A DNA stretch of 64,000 nt from Octopus sinensis (lineage: Eukaryota), in assembly GCF_006345805.1 (NCBI RefSeq), contig NC_042998.1, positions 155,248,001-155,312,000 of the forward strand. The letters are read 5' to 3'. The notes under the pieces are model-generated. The model saw only the letters and a program-made list of their open reading frames with translations. It did not search any database and was not told the origin of the DNA. Every line of letters begins with the position of its first letter. The first letter of the stretch is position 1. The translations under genes were made by a program, and so were the position numbers. Positions 1 through 11,439 of the stretch are shown here, one piece after another.

Positions 1-2320
1 TCAGAGAAAAAGTAGCTGATAAAGATTATATCTCTCTGAACTTTCTCCATCCTGTTCTAATTCTAGCAACAATACTTTCTGAACATCCTCCGTCACTGCT
101 AATTAGGTCACAAAAACTATCTATAACCTCTAGGAAGTCTTCTGGACATTAGAGAAAATCTGTTTCTCATTTGTACTTTGTGTTTAATGCTCCAGCACAT
201 TTTCCACATACAAACACTACTTTCTATGTTAACCTTTCTGTGATCCTACTGCACCTCTTGTGTGGCCATAGTTTGCACTGAGTACAGCATGTGGAAATTA
301 TTTTCTAATTCTACTAAAGATTCAGTTGTAAAAACGTCTTCAGTATATAGTAGTTCTCAAGGGCAACCATCTTAAATTCTTGTTATGGCTGAAGGACTAT
401 GAAGCATAGGAGGGGACTAAGATCCAAGCCTTGCTGAACTCTTTTCTGTACACTAAATTCTTTGCTGTACTCATTGCTAACTCTCATTTTACTGATTGTA
501 CCCTTATATAATAGTTGTACAACTCTAATAAACCATTTGTCAACATGAAGCTTCCTCAGGGACCACCAAGATTACAGAATGAAGCTTTCTCCAGGTCTCA
601 ATGTAGCTTATTTGTAGCTAAATACTTCTCCAGCAGTTGGTTTACTAGAAAGATGACATCAGTAATACTTCGCCCTGGAACAAAATCAAACTGCTTCTCA
701 TCTAACTCCTGTAATTTTCAAGATCTGGTTCAGCAATTAGATCTCTCTGAAATTACTACTACATAAGGCACATCCTTTACCCTTGTAACAGTTAACCATG
801 ATGCTGTAAACCAGTCATTGGGTGCAACTCCTTGTATAACCTAATTAACTATACAGGTGACTAAGTCATATCCTACTCCACCAGATAATTTAAGCATTTC
901 AGCAGTGATTCCTGATGAACCAGAAACTTTCTATGCCTGCATATTCTTAATTGCTTTATCTTTTATACTATTGTTAACTACAATAACTGGTCCCTTGTTT
1001 GGTCCACACAAGAAAGGTTCTCTTTTTTCCCCCCATGCAATTTCTACATTTAATAGCCTTTCATAGTAGCTTTTCCATGTCTTTATCTTTTCAATAACAC
1101 AAAAGTGCAAGTATACTATTATTCATCTGCACATGATCATCGCTCACATCTCAATTCTCTCTGAGATACTCTTTTGCTTTTTGGAATACTTCATTCCTCT
1201 GACCCCCATTGCTGTAAAACATTAGCAAACCTCTTCCTTTCTGCTTCTCTCATTTTTAAATATACTTGTTGCCTGGCTTTTTTTTTAGCTACCTTGGTAT
1301 AGTTTTCTGCTGTACCTATTCTAACAATCCTTCCAAGCCTGCTTCTTTGCTTTTATGTGTCTTTCTACTTTACTGTTCCACCACCACATCACCCTCAATT
1401 TTGCTCTTGTCACAGATTTTGTCCATCACCCTCAATAGGCTGTTTGCAAAGGACTACCACTTCTCCTCTACATTATACATTTCTAATCTCTCCCTCCTTC
1501 TCTTCAAATACTTCAACAAGTACTTCTCTAAATTTATGACAGTTCACTGTATCATTAAGCTTCCTATCTTCCTTTACCATATTGGTTTGCATCTCAGTCC
1601 TCTTAGCTCTAAATCTGAAGTCCTTAGCCTCGGCTTATGTTGGGTTTTAGGACTTTGAAGGACTTTGCATTTACAAACATCTGTTTATCCTGTTTCATGA
1701 TGAAAATGTAGTCAATCTGGCTTGTCTACCCACTAGATTAATAGGTAATCAAGTGGCTGGAAGTTTCTCGAAGTTTGTGCTGAAAATCGTCAGGTTATTT
1801 GCATCACAGAACTCAAAGAACGTTGTTCCCTCATTTCTAGGACCTAAGTCATAGCCTCCATGTATACTTTGGAATTCATGCCCACTGAAGTCACCACTCA
1901 CAAAAATAAGTTCACTGTCATTCATCACAGAGGTAATCTGCAAAAGGGATTTGTAAAAATCAGTACTTTTGTTTAGCAGAGATAAATGTTGCAGTCATGC
2001 TTTCCCAGACTAGTCTAAGCTTAATTCTACTATCACACACTCTGACTATCTTGATCATTTAATCTACCCAACTGTTTGGAAAAGTATGCCTACACTTCCT
2101 TCACCATCACTATTGTCTACCCAAAAGAGTTTATGCTTTTGATCTTTGCCTATGAGAGGTCTAACTGAGGTTCCCCTCCATTTCACCATTTGTGCACATT
2201 GCATGTTTACATGCCCCCAATCTAGCATCTTAACAATCTCCCTATACCTACTTTCTAGTGTGCTAACATAGATTGTTGCTGTTCTAAGACTGCATACTAG
2301 ATGAGTGGGTAGCATCTGAA
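1..2320 (-). mobile_element. RTE-clade LINE, decayed (APE endonuclease plus first part of RT; continues beyond window start)
   Basis: ORF 2064-2315 resembles the APE N-terminus (YKLFW..GVGIL-like); ORF 1749-1943 has GDF.GH..HGGY.LG.RN.G..FFEFC.ANNL; minus strand near 620-720 reads ELDEKQFDFVPGRSITDVIFLV (RT). Many stops and frameshifts. Confidence 0.9.
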
Positions 2321-2451
2321 AAGAAGATTTATGTGAATGTTTGCTTCAAAGTAGAGGGCTCTTGTACGTACCAATAATTATATGAGTATTACTACTCAAT
2401 GAATTACCAAATCTCATAAATCCTAAAAATCCTTTATTGAGGTGGAAGAAG

Positions 2452-2643
2452 TGTTGTAATCCAATGTCAGACTGTTATAACGTCCGGTCTGGTATAGCAG
2501 TATAGTTAGTGAAATAAGTAAAGAACATGGCTATCTATTACTGACTATTTGACTAATACTCTTTACTTCCTGTGGCACAGTATTTATAATGACCACTCAT
2601 CACTTGAGAGGAACGTTCCATTATTACTATTATCCCCATAACA
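2452..2643 (-). repeat. 3' LTR of the Gypsy element
   Basis: TGTTGTAATC...CCCCATAACA aligns with 5588-5788; purine tract on the minus strand immediately upstream (2644-2676). Confidence 0.9.
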
Positions 2644-3940
2644 TGTCCCCTTTTAAGCTTTTCTCTTTTTTTCCCTAGAATGTTATTTTATTTCTTTTAT
2701 TTGTAATAAATTTTACATCACCCCACCTACCGTTTTTGAGTTTTTTTCTTATACATTTAATATTTAATATTTTTTTTACATTTGGCATCCACTCCCAGGA
2801 ACTCCATACATTTTCTTTCTGTTTTGCTTGTGCATCTGGGTTCAAATATTTGTAGTGGCATTGGTACTTGAAAAGTATCATATAACTATTCCATTGGTTT
2901 TTCCATTCTCTTGGGTTTGCTCTCAACAAATCTTCCTTTTAGTTGGCTCATGTGTCTCTTGTATGCCCCCTTTTTGCTTTTTACCAAATATAGCATTTTT
3001 CCTATGTGTTTGGTAATGATATCATCTTCCCAACTTTGTTTTCTGTTCTTATATGCCCTAACAAATACATTTTCACCAATTCTGAAATATCTAGCTGTAT
3101 TATTTATTGCAATTTTTCTTTTCTTGCCAATTTGTCGAAGATTGATTTTATTTTCCTTGCAAACATCAGCTCTGCTGGTGACATACCTGCTGGTGTATTT
3201 GGATTCGGTCTCACAATGTATACACTTATGAATTGTTGTAGAGCTACCTCATTCATGACTTCCTTATTCGACTTTCTTAGGGCTCATGTAGAAAATTTGT
3301 TGCAGTTGAGGATGTTGACTTTTCACACTTGCAATTTCTGGCTATTAAGAGAAACTACATAATACCACTAAGTAGTATGAACTGTTTAAGGGACCAGTGA
3401 AATTGATGTGTAGTCTTGATCACGGAACAACTACTTTTGACCAAGGTTCACTTTTTATCGGTGGTAATTTTGCTGCTAGAGCACAACTACAGCCTTTCAT
3501 TAAATTTGCGATTTCACTATCCATTTTTGGCCAGTACACACAGCTATGCATTAAAGGTTTCATCCTCGAAATACCAGGATGTCCAACATGAAATTCCCTC
3601 AACATTTTCTTTTGCAATGTTTCAGGTATTATTACTCTCTGTGCATACATCAATACACCATCACAAATTGAGTATAGGTTCATGTGTAGGTTTCATCTTT
3701 CACCAGTCCTGCTTCTATTTACTTTTCCTGTCCACAGTATTCTTTTCATTTCTGTTATGAATTTGTCCTTTTCTGCATTTCATTTTATGTCTTCTAGGGT
3801 TACTGGTAATTCATGTATCACATTCCACATTACATTTTTATTTCTCCTTCTGATCTGAATGCTGTGACTACCATATCTTTGAATGGCTTGCAGTATTTCG
3901 GTATCAGTCAGGACAAACCATTTATATGCCCTAGTTTTTT

Positions 3941-4306
3941 TTATGGTAAATATTCCATCTTGTAATCATAATTCCATAATGCAGTGCCCCATTGCAGTAG
4001 TCTATTCACTGTGTGTGTTGATATTCCTTTTTTAGAACTGTATATTGACAGTAGTGGGTGATGATCTGTTTGTAGATAGAAACTTCCTCCATGAATAAAT
4101 CTATGTAATTTTTTTACACCAAACATGATTGTTAACTCTTCCTTTTCTATTTGGGTATAGTTCCTTTCAGCTGGTAATAACAATGGTGATGCATGGGCTA
4201 TTCCTGTTTTACTCCCATTGTCATATTTGTGCAGAATCACAGTTCCTACACCATAATCACTTACATCTGTAGCCAATATAATTTCTAACTTTGGATCAAA
4301 ATGCAT
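3941..4306 (-). pseudogene. Gypsy pol RNase H domain remnant
   Basis: ATDVSDYGVG..AHAS..L.PAERNYTQIEKE..TDHHPL motifs. Confidence 0.9.
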
Positions 4307-5575
4307 TAACGATGAGTTTGATGTTGAAATGTTTTTTTAATATGTCAAATGCCTTCTGTCAGCACCATTTTGCATTTTTCTTTAGTGGGGCCCTTACATT
4401 GTGTATATTGGGAATGTAATCTGATAGTAATTTACTAAACCCAAGAAATGCTTGTAGGATAGTCACATTATTTAGTGTGGGCATATTTTTTTATCACACA
4501 TATATGAATTTCTTCTTTGTTACTTCACCATTTTCTTTTGACAACAGTTTGTTTATTCTTTTATCTTTGTTCCAATGTTTTGTCATCTTGATTTTTACAG
4601 CGCATTTTTAGGTGTCCAGTTTTCCCACAACGAAAGCATTTTGCTTTCTTAAACGGGCAGTTTTTTCTCAGATGTAGACCACCACATGCTAAACACGGGT
4701 TTGTCTCCTAATTTTTGATCTGTTAGTACTGTACTGACCTGCTTGTACTGTACACACTTAATTTCTATTCTGCTTGCTTTGTATTTTCTGATGCATTTGT
4801 TTCACTTGGGAGCGATCTTTATGTTCAATTTTCTGCGTCATATCTTAAATTTACTATTCTTTCATACACTTCTGATACTTGTAAGGTTACAGCTTGGTTT
4901 TGTTCCAGCTTAGCAAGAATTCTTGTTCTTATTTCTGCATCTTTTTCTGCAGTTAATCCATGAGTAAATATCAGGCACTGGAACATACCTGGTGTTAATT
5001 TGTCCAGTTTGAACTTTTCACGTTCTCTGTTAACTCTACTAGCATATGTAATGTAGCTCTCCTCAGTGTTCTTTTCTAGGTTCAAACATTTCCAGTGTGT
5101 ATTGAACAACAAGCTTTTCTCACTAAAAATTTTACACAATATGTCTATTGTATTTTTAAAGTTTATGTCAGGTTTTTTCAGGAGTACTTAATTGCTGTAA
5201 CTCCTGCTGTCAGTTCTCTTAAGATTAGACACATTTTTATATCATTGTTCCAATCTTTGAACTCTTTACTGAAAATCTGTTCATATCTTCTATAGTATGC
5301 CTTGAAGGTACCTCCTTTGTCTGGTTCATATTTAAATTCCGTTATTGAGTTTGTAACATAATCTGGCGAGAACATTTTTTCAGCATTTTTAGACAACTTA
5401 CTATTTATTGATTGTAGCATTTGTTGCTGAGATAGTAATTGTTGTTGTTGCTGTTCTTTTATTTGTTGTTGTTGCTGTTTTTGCAACTCAAGCAAACTGG
5501 CCGACAATTCTTCCATAATTTTACGATTTTGCATACTGTAAAATTTGCACAAAAACTTTTGTGAGTTTGTTAATT

Positions 5576-5586
5576 CCTCATTGCCA
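5576..5586 (-). other. Primer binding site, tRNA-Ser(GCU) type
   Basis: TGGCAATGAGG equals TGGCGACGAGG with both CpGs deaminated; 1 nt from the LTR end. Confidence 0.75.
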
Positions 5587-5587
5587 T

Positions 5588-5788
5588 TGTTGTAATCTTC
5601 TGTTGGACTGTCATAACATCCATTTCAGTATAGCAGTATAGTTAGTTAGATAAGTAAAGAATGCGACTATCTATCACTGACTACTTGACTGACACTCTCA
5701 ACTTCTTTTTCACAGTATTTATAATGACTAGCACATATCACTCTTCATGTGGGAGGGGTGTTCCATTATCACTATTATCCCCATAACA
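5588..5788 (-). repeat. 5' LTR of the Gypsy element
   Basis: Direct repeat of 2452-2643 (roughly 80% identical by eye); followed on the minus strand by the PBS. Confidence 0.9.
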
Positions 5789-6169
5789 GGAAGGTAAGCT
5801 GCCATTCACTTCAGGGATAATTAACAAAGGTGTTTGTCTGTATACATTGCAGATACATTCATACACACACATTCATACTCAAACACACACCTGAGAAGAA
5901 ACAGACCAGAGAAATGCTACTGATTAGTGGTGAAGGAATAGAAGGGGAAAACAGGAAGTACAATATTAGGACCCATATTGCACTCTCTTCAAACAGGTTG
6001 TTATAATTATTATTAATAATGATAAGAAACTTCACTAAACCTGGACATATTTACATTTGAAATATTACAATAACATAATTAGATAACGAAATATGTACAT
6101 TTTGCTAAAGAGTATTTTAGTAATTTTACTTGTGTATCTATCTTAAAATGAGCTGCTTGGCAGAGGCCT

Positions 6170-6650
6170 GCGGAGGATGACATGACATGCTTTGACTATT
6201 GGGATTGACTCAAAAAGCTCAAGCTTTCCTCCCTCCACTGCTGCTGTGAGCTCTATATCATCTGTATTATGTGGAAAATATTCCATCAATATTGCCCATC
6301 TTTAAAATTCATTCGAGGCTTGGCCCCCGTGCCATCTGTCCACTACAGAAATGTTTGTGTCAAATCACAACACTATGACAGAACTATTTTACCTCAATTG
6401 ACCCTGCTCTCTTCAACATTGTGCCAGACACACATAAAGGAGGAAAGTGACTTCATGGCATTCAAATGATCCCTAGATGATTACCCTCAACAAATACCAG
6501 ATAAACCACCCACACTCAGATATGACTCTGAAAACAATAAACCTCTGCTTGAATGGGCTATGGTTCTCCAGAGCTGACAGTGTATCTCTTCCAGGCGGTG
6601 CTATTAAATTAGACATGACCTGAGTCAACTTTGGCAGAAACTTATCTAAG
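6170..6650 (+). mobile_element. 3' fragment of a CR1/Jockey-group LINE
   Basis: Translates as DYW..LKKLKL..LH...IICIMWKIF...RLGP...PALFNIV...FK.SLDDY..QIPDKP, like the C-terminus at 55947-56594. Confidence 0.75.
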
Positions 6651-7079
6651 TAATCTAATCTATGCTGTAACCTTTTAATCAAAGCATGACAACATGGGTA
6701 GAGGCTGATATCTTAACATTTCTGATCGTCTTAAGTATAAAAAATATTATTAAAGATTTATATAGATCTACATTCAGAGCATGACTATAAGCTATTGTGT
6801 TTAGACCTGGTTCTAATAAAGCAATCCAAAATTAGAAAAATCGAAAATCTGCAACAATCTTGGTCCCATGAGTATTGGATAATGGATTTTCAACTGTGTA
6901 AAGAAACTGATTGTGGTGATCGTAGTTTTGACGGTGATTGTGGTGAAAACAGAGACAGTGTTGATGATGATGATGGTTGAGATAAGTATGGGAGGAGGAT
7001 AAAATAGTGTCTCTGTCATGTTTTTGCCAGCATTAGTTTGGGAAATTGGGTGATTTTCAGCATGCGTGTATTTAAGTGG

Positions 7080-7127
7080 AAATGAGCTGCTTGGCAGAGG
7101 TCTGCACTCTCCAAGTGCATTTCTAGT
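7080..7127 (+). mobile_element. Helitron-type 3' terminus (hairpin plus CTAG)
   Basis: GCACT-ctcca-AGTGC hairpin, then atttCTAG followed by T. Confidence 0.4.
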
Positions 7128-8415
7128 TCAGTAAAGTGATATTATTATTGAAAAATTCAGTAGTAAGCATCATTTTAGATGTTATAAGCCCAACAGTTGA
7201 GTCCTCAGGGTCATTTCCAATGATTAGCTGTAGTCACAGCTCTTCAATATAAAAGCTCTTACTATGAGACTACTAATTTCTCCATATCTTTCATTTCAAC
7301 ATTTTATATTCCCCTTTCATTGGTCAGCTTAGCAATGTCATTGATGGCTGCTGATACTATTACTTAATTTCAGGAGGTCATTGCCTGCTTTCGACTAACT
7401 TTTTCCAAATCCTTTTTATGCAGCTCTCCAATTCTTAGTTACATATTGCTTTCATATTGTCTGTGGTTTTCATGCTTGATAGTTTCCCCAAAGATTCTGA
7501 TAATTTATCTTGGCCATCTATTTTTTCAATATGTTGTTTGAGAGTGGGGAGTGTGATGTCATTAATATACCTTGATATTACTGTAGTCTCATGAAGTATT
7601 ACCACTAAACAGTAGTGGAGTAGTAATAGATGTTCTCTTTCTGACCTTTCAAGAAATGAAAGCACAAAATGGCATTTTTTTTTAAAGTATGTTTTATTTA
7701 CAAGGAAAACACTTTGGGGAGGACAGTTGCCACATTCAATGAAACTCTTATGAACCTAAGGAAATTTTTAGGTTGTCTGCATAACTGCATTTGAAACTTC
7801 CCTTGGATTCTGTCAAGCAAAACTCTGAATTATCTCCTTTGCCATCATGAGTCTGAAGATGATCCTTGCTTTTTACATTATTGTAAGTTGACAGCTTAAT
7901 CTTATGTTGTATTGTGTTTCATTATCCTCCCTTATAGCAATTATACTTTATTTTGAAGATTCATAACAATCTATTGTTATAATAAAGATATTTTGAGATA
8001 ATGAGCTTAACAATAGATTGAGTTTATACTCTGCATTCAAGACCCATATATAAAGTTTGTACACAAGCATCATAGTCTACCTTTTATTCAATGAGAAAAA
8101 AAATTTGCTATCAACAGAGAAAACAATACAACTGATACTTATTCTGACCATTATACTTTCAGAACATTCATCCCTGCTGTTGATTAGGTCACTTAGGTAA
8201 CAGAAGTGTTCAACTACTTCTAAGGAACTATCTGGGCTTTTGAGAAAATGTATTTCCCAGGCAAGTGTTCTTGGTGCTTACTGCAATGATCACATATTTT
8301 ATATGAAGTCTGTATTTTCTGTTAGTCTGAGTAATCATGCTACATCTTTTTTGTAGCCGTAATTTACACGAAGTTTATATAGAGGGAGAAGTGGGAGAAA
8401 GGGAGACAAAGAAAA

Positions 8416-10260
8416 TTTTATATCCTAGTTGTTGCCTGACTTTTAGGTAGTATAGTTTGTTGCACACAGCACTCCTTTTTGTTGTACTAAGCACTCTGGT
8501 TAGCACTCTTGTTTTTTTTTGTACTAAGCACAATTGTTAGTACCTTTGTTTTTTTTTTAATCCCAAGAAGACATCTCCTCTAGCTGCAGCCAATATATTG
8601 TGTGCAGGGGAATTGAACTCCTATCACATTCTAGTGACGAGACCAACACACAGTAATTCAAACAACTACCATTACAGCAACTTATGGGTTTGGTGCCAGT
8701 TCAATGTGGAACTAACACACCAACTCTTACCGACCTTCTACCAACTTCTTGTTGCTATTCTTTATAAGAGTTCGGATAATCCAGTCTTCCAGGCCCCAAG
8801 ATGTGTCAATGACTCTTGCCACAAGATCTTCCCCTTTGAGATTGACTTCTGGTGGAAGTTAATATTATTATCTTTATTTATTTATCATCACATCTCCCTT
8901 TTTGAGATTTTCCTCCTAGGGAAGTTTAATATTTCTGCCATTTAGACACTACTTCCAACACCACAAGAAAATGAAACTAGGTGGAGCAGCATAAGAGGAA
9001 GCAAACAGAACGGTTGAAAGTAACCCAAAGAAGACATCTCTTCTAGCTGGTTAACACTGCATAGCTACATCCGATATACTGTGAGCAGGAGAATCGAACA
9101 CCTACCACATTCTAGTAATGGGACCAACTCACAGTAATTCAAACAACTACCATTACAGTAACTTGCAGGTTTGGTTTGAGTTCAATACAGAACTAACACA
9201 CCAACTGTTACCGACCTCTTGTCGCTACTCTTTATAAGAATTCGGCTAGTCCATTCTTCCAGTCCTCTAGGGTGTCAATGACTCTCACCACAGCATCTCT
9301 CCCTTTGAGATTGACTTCCACTGGAAGTTAATATTATTATTTTTATTTATTTATTTTTCTTTCATCACATCTCCCTTTTCGAGATTTTCCTAAGAGGGAA
9401 GTTTAATATTCCTGCCATTTAGGCACTACATCCAACACCTCAAGAAATTGAAGCTAGGCAGAGCAGCACAAGAAAGAGGAAACAAACAGAATGGTTGAAA
9501 GTAGTGCCTAAATGGAAGAAATATTAAACTTCCCTAGGAGGAAAATCTCGAAAAGGGAAAGAAAAATTAATAAATAAAAATAATATTAACTTCCAATGGA
9601 AGTCAATCTAAAAGTGGGAGATGTTGTGGCAAGAGTCATTGATAACCTTGAGCAAGCTGAATTCTTATAAAGTGTAGCACCAAGAGGTCGATAAGAGTTG
9701 GTGTGTTAGTTTTGTATTGAATTACTGTGAGTTGGTCCCATTTCTAGAATGTGGTAGGGGTTCGATCCCCCTGCTCACAATAGATCAGATGTAGCTGTAC
9801 AGTGTTAACCAGCTAGAGGTGATGTCTTCTTGGGGTTAAAAAAACACACTGAAGTTCATTCAAGCGAAAAACAAGAGTGCTCAGTACAACAAAAAACAAG
9901 AGTGCTGTGTGCAGTCAGGCAACAATTACGTTACAACATCAGGCAAGGAAATGATAGGGATATAAAAGTGGCGACGAGATATTTGAAGCTTGCATTGGAT
10001 GTTAAAATTTTGTTTTGGTATGAAATCAAAGCAAAAAATCATGAACATGGAAGATTTATTAGCTTGTGTGGTGCAGTTGCAACAACAACAACAATAGCAA
10101 TAACACACAGTAATTTGAACAACTACCATTACAGCAACTTACAGGTTTGGTGTGAATTCAACGTGGAATTCTTACCAACCTCTAGTCATTACTCTTTATA
10201 AGAGTTTGGCTAGTCCGTTCTTCCAATCCCCCAGGGGTGTTAATGACTCTCGCCACAACA
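8416..10260. mobile_element. Rearranged cluster of four Gypsy LTR copies
   Basis: LTR-A 8416-8826 (-), LTR-B partial 9022-9295 (-), LTR-C 9622-9967 (+), LTR-D partial ~10100-10260 (-). PPT before A, B and C. PBS TGGCGACGAG at 9969-9978, followed by a gag-like start MNMEDLLACVVQLQQQQQ. Confidence 0.8.
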
Positions 10261-10769
10261 GAAAGAAACAGAAATAATAGAATCAATGAAAAAAGTAGAA
10301 AAGGAAAACACAAAATAAGAGCGAAAGGGAGGGAGAAGGTCTATATTCTGCATTTGTATGTTAAAATCGCAGGCATGATCAAAATGTTTAACATAATGAA
10401 AGAATGTCATGAAGATTCTGTAATTTAACAATATAGTGATAAATAATTAAATTAAAGTGAAATAACATTAGTTAGCAAATAGCTATGGAAGGTACACTTT
10501 TATCTTTTATTTGTTCGAAACTAAAACCTGTGGCCATGCTGGGGTAACTGTTTTTTTTTGTTATCAGATTTAAATGCTTACCAGTATTATGAAAGTGAAC
10601 AAATACACACATCGACAGAAGGTATAGTAAAGATGATAGTTACTTAGGTAGACAAGTAAGGTGGGTGGGTGAGCCTATCAAAAGTTATGAAAATAGAGAG
10701 ATATATTTTAAGACATGCAAATAGAAAGCTCACTGAACTGAAGTGAAATGAGAAGAAATGAAAATAATC

Positions 10770-10915
10770 TGAACTGGGAATAGGTTGTGCCCTTGAGCAA
10801 AACACTTCATTTCATGTTGCTCCAGTCCGCTCAGCTGGAAAAAATGAGTAATCCTGCAATGGAGTGGTATCCTGTCCAGGCAGGGAATATACATGCCATG
10901 GAATCAGCCTTTATG
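10770..10915 (+). mobile_element. SINE body fragment
   Basis: ttgtgcccttgagcaaaacacttcatttcatgttgctccagtcc...cctgcaatggagtgg pattern, recalled from a cephalopod SINE family. Confidence 0.5.
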
Positions 10916-11439
10916 AGTTGGAAGGACTCAAGAAGATTACTTTACTTTGATAATAGGTCCACAAGAAGGAATTTACTCCCGAATACTTCACTTGAAACTG
11001 GCTTGAAACAACTCTAACCTTCCTCTCATTTCAGATTGAGTTCAGTTTCCTGTAAGGCTTCCTACTCTCTGACAATAAGGCATTTAACAAATTTGGAATA
11101 TATTTTCCACATCTTGTGTTCAGCCATGGACACTTATAATATGTGGCATTTTCTAGGGCCAGGAAATTGTCTGATGTGGCAGTAAGAGTAGTTGATATTA
11201 ACAGGCAAGGCAAACAAGAAGGTAAAACTCTTACAAAAAACATTGTATATAAAGAAGTGCCAAGAGAGTAAATCTAGAAGTTTATTCATCTCATGTGTAT
11301 GCATGCCATTCATATTACATTCTGTTCATATAGTTTGTGATCACATACAATTAGTTCATGTTTAGTATTTCTATTTATATATCACATACAGTTTAATTAG
11401 TCATATTTGTAATATCTACATCAAAGTGGAGTAGGTTAC

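Larger units (their letters stand above)
2452..5788 (-). mobile_element. Gypsy (Mag/K02A2.6-like) LTR retrotransposon, internally deleted
   Basis: Two TGT..ACA LTRs, PBS, PPT, near-TSD AGAAG/GGAAG. gag ORFs at 5178-5552 and 4825-5139, zinc knuckles near 4600-4700 (CLACGGLHLRKNCPFKKAKCFRCGKTGHLKMRC), RNase H at 3941-4306, integrase zinc finger at 3420-3683. Confidence 0.93.

Noticed and set aside
908-935. CTGATGA..GAAAC on the plus strand
   Set aside because: No stem II or stem I pairing; it is antisense RTE coding sequence.
5784-5800. Perfect donor GAAG|GTAAGC exactly at the Gypsy insertion site
   Set aside because: No convincing acceptor or exon in the left flank (2330-2451); likely chance.
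9739-9751. CTA anticodon-like loop suggesting an amber suppressor or tRNA-Pyl
   Set aside because: U33 and the loop are not conserved in the two paralogous LTR copies, there is no D-arm, and it lies inside an LTR.
11010-11243. Strong-looking splice sites (CTAAC..TTTCAG at 11034; exon-like 11144-11201) and a minus ORF
   Set aside because: The plus and minus interpretations conflict, there is no recognisable protein, and such signals are common in AT-rich DNA.
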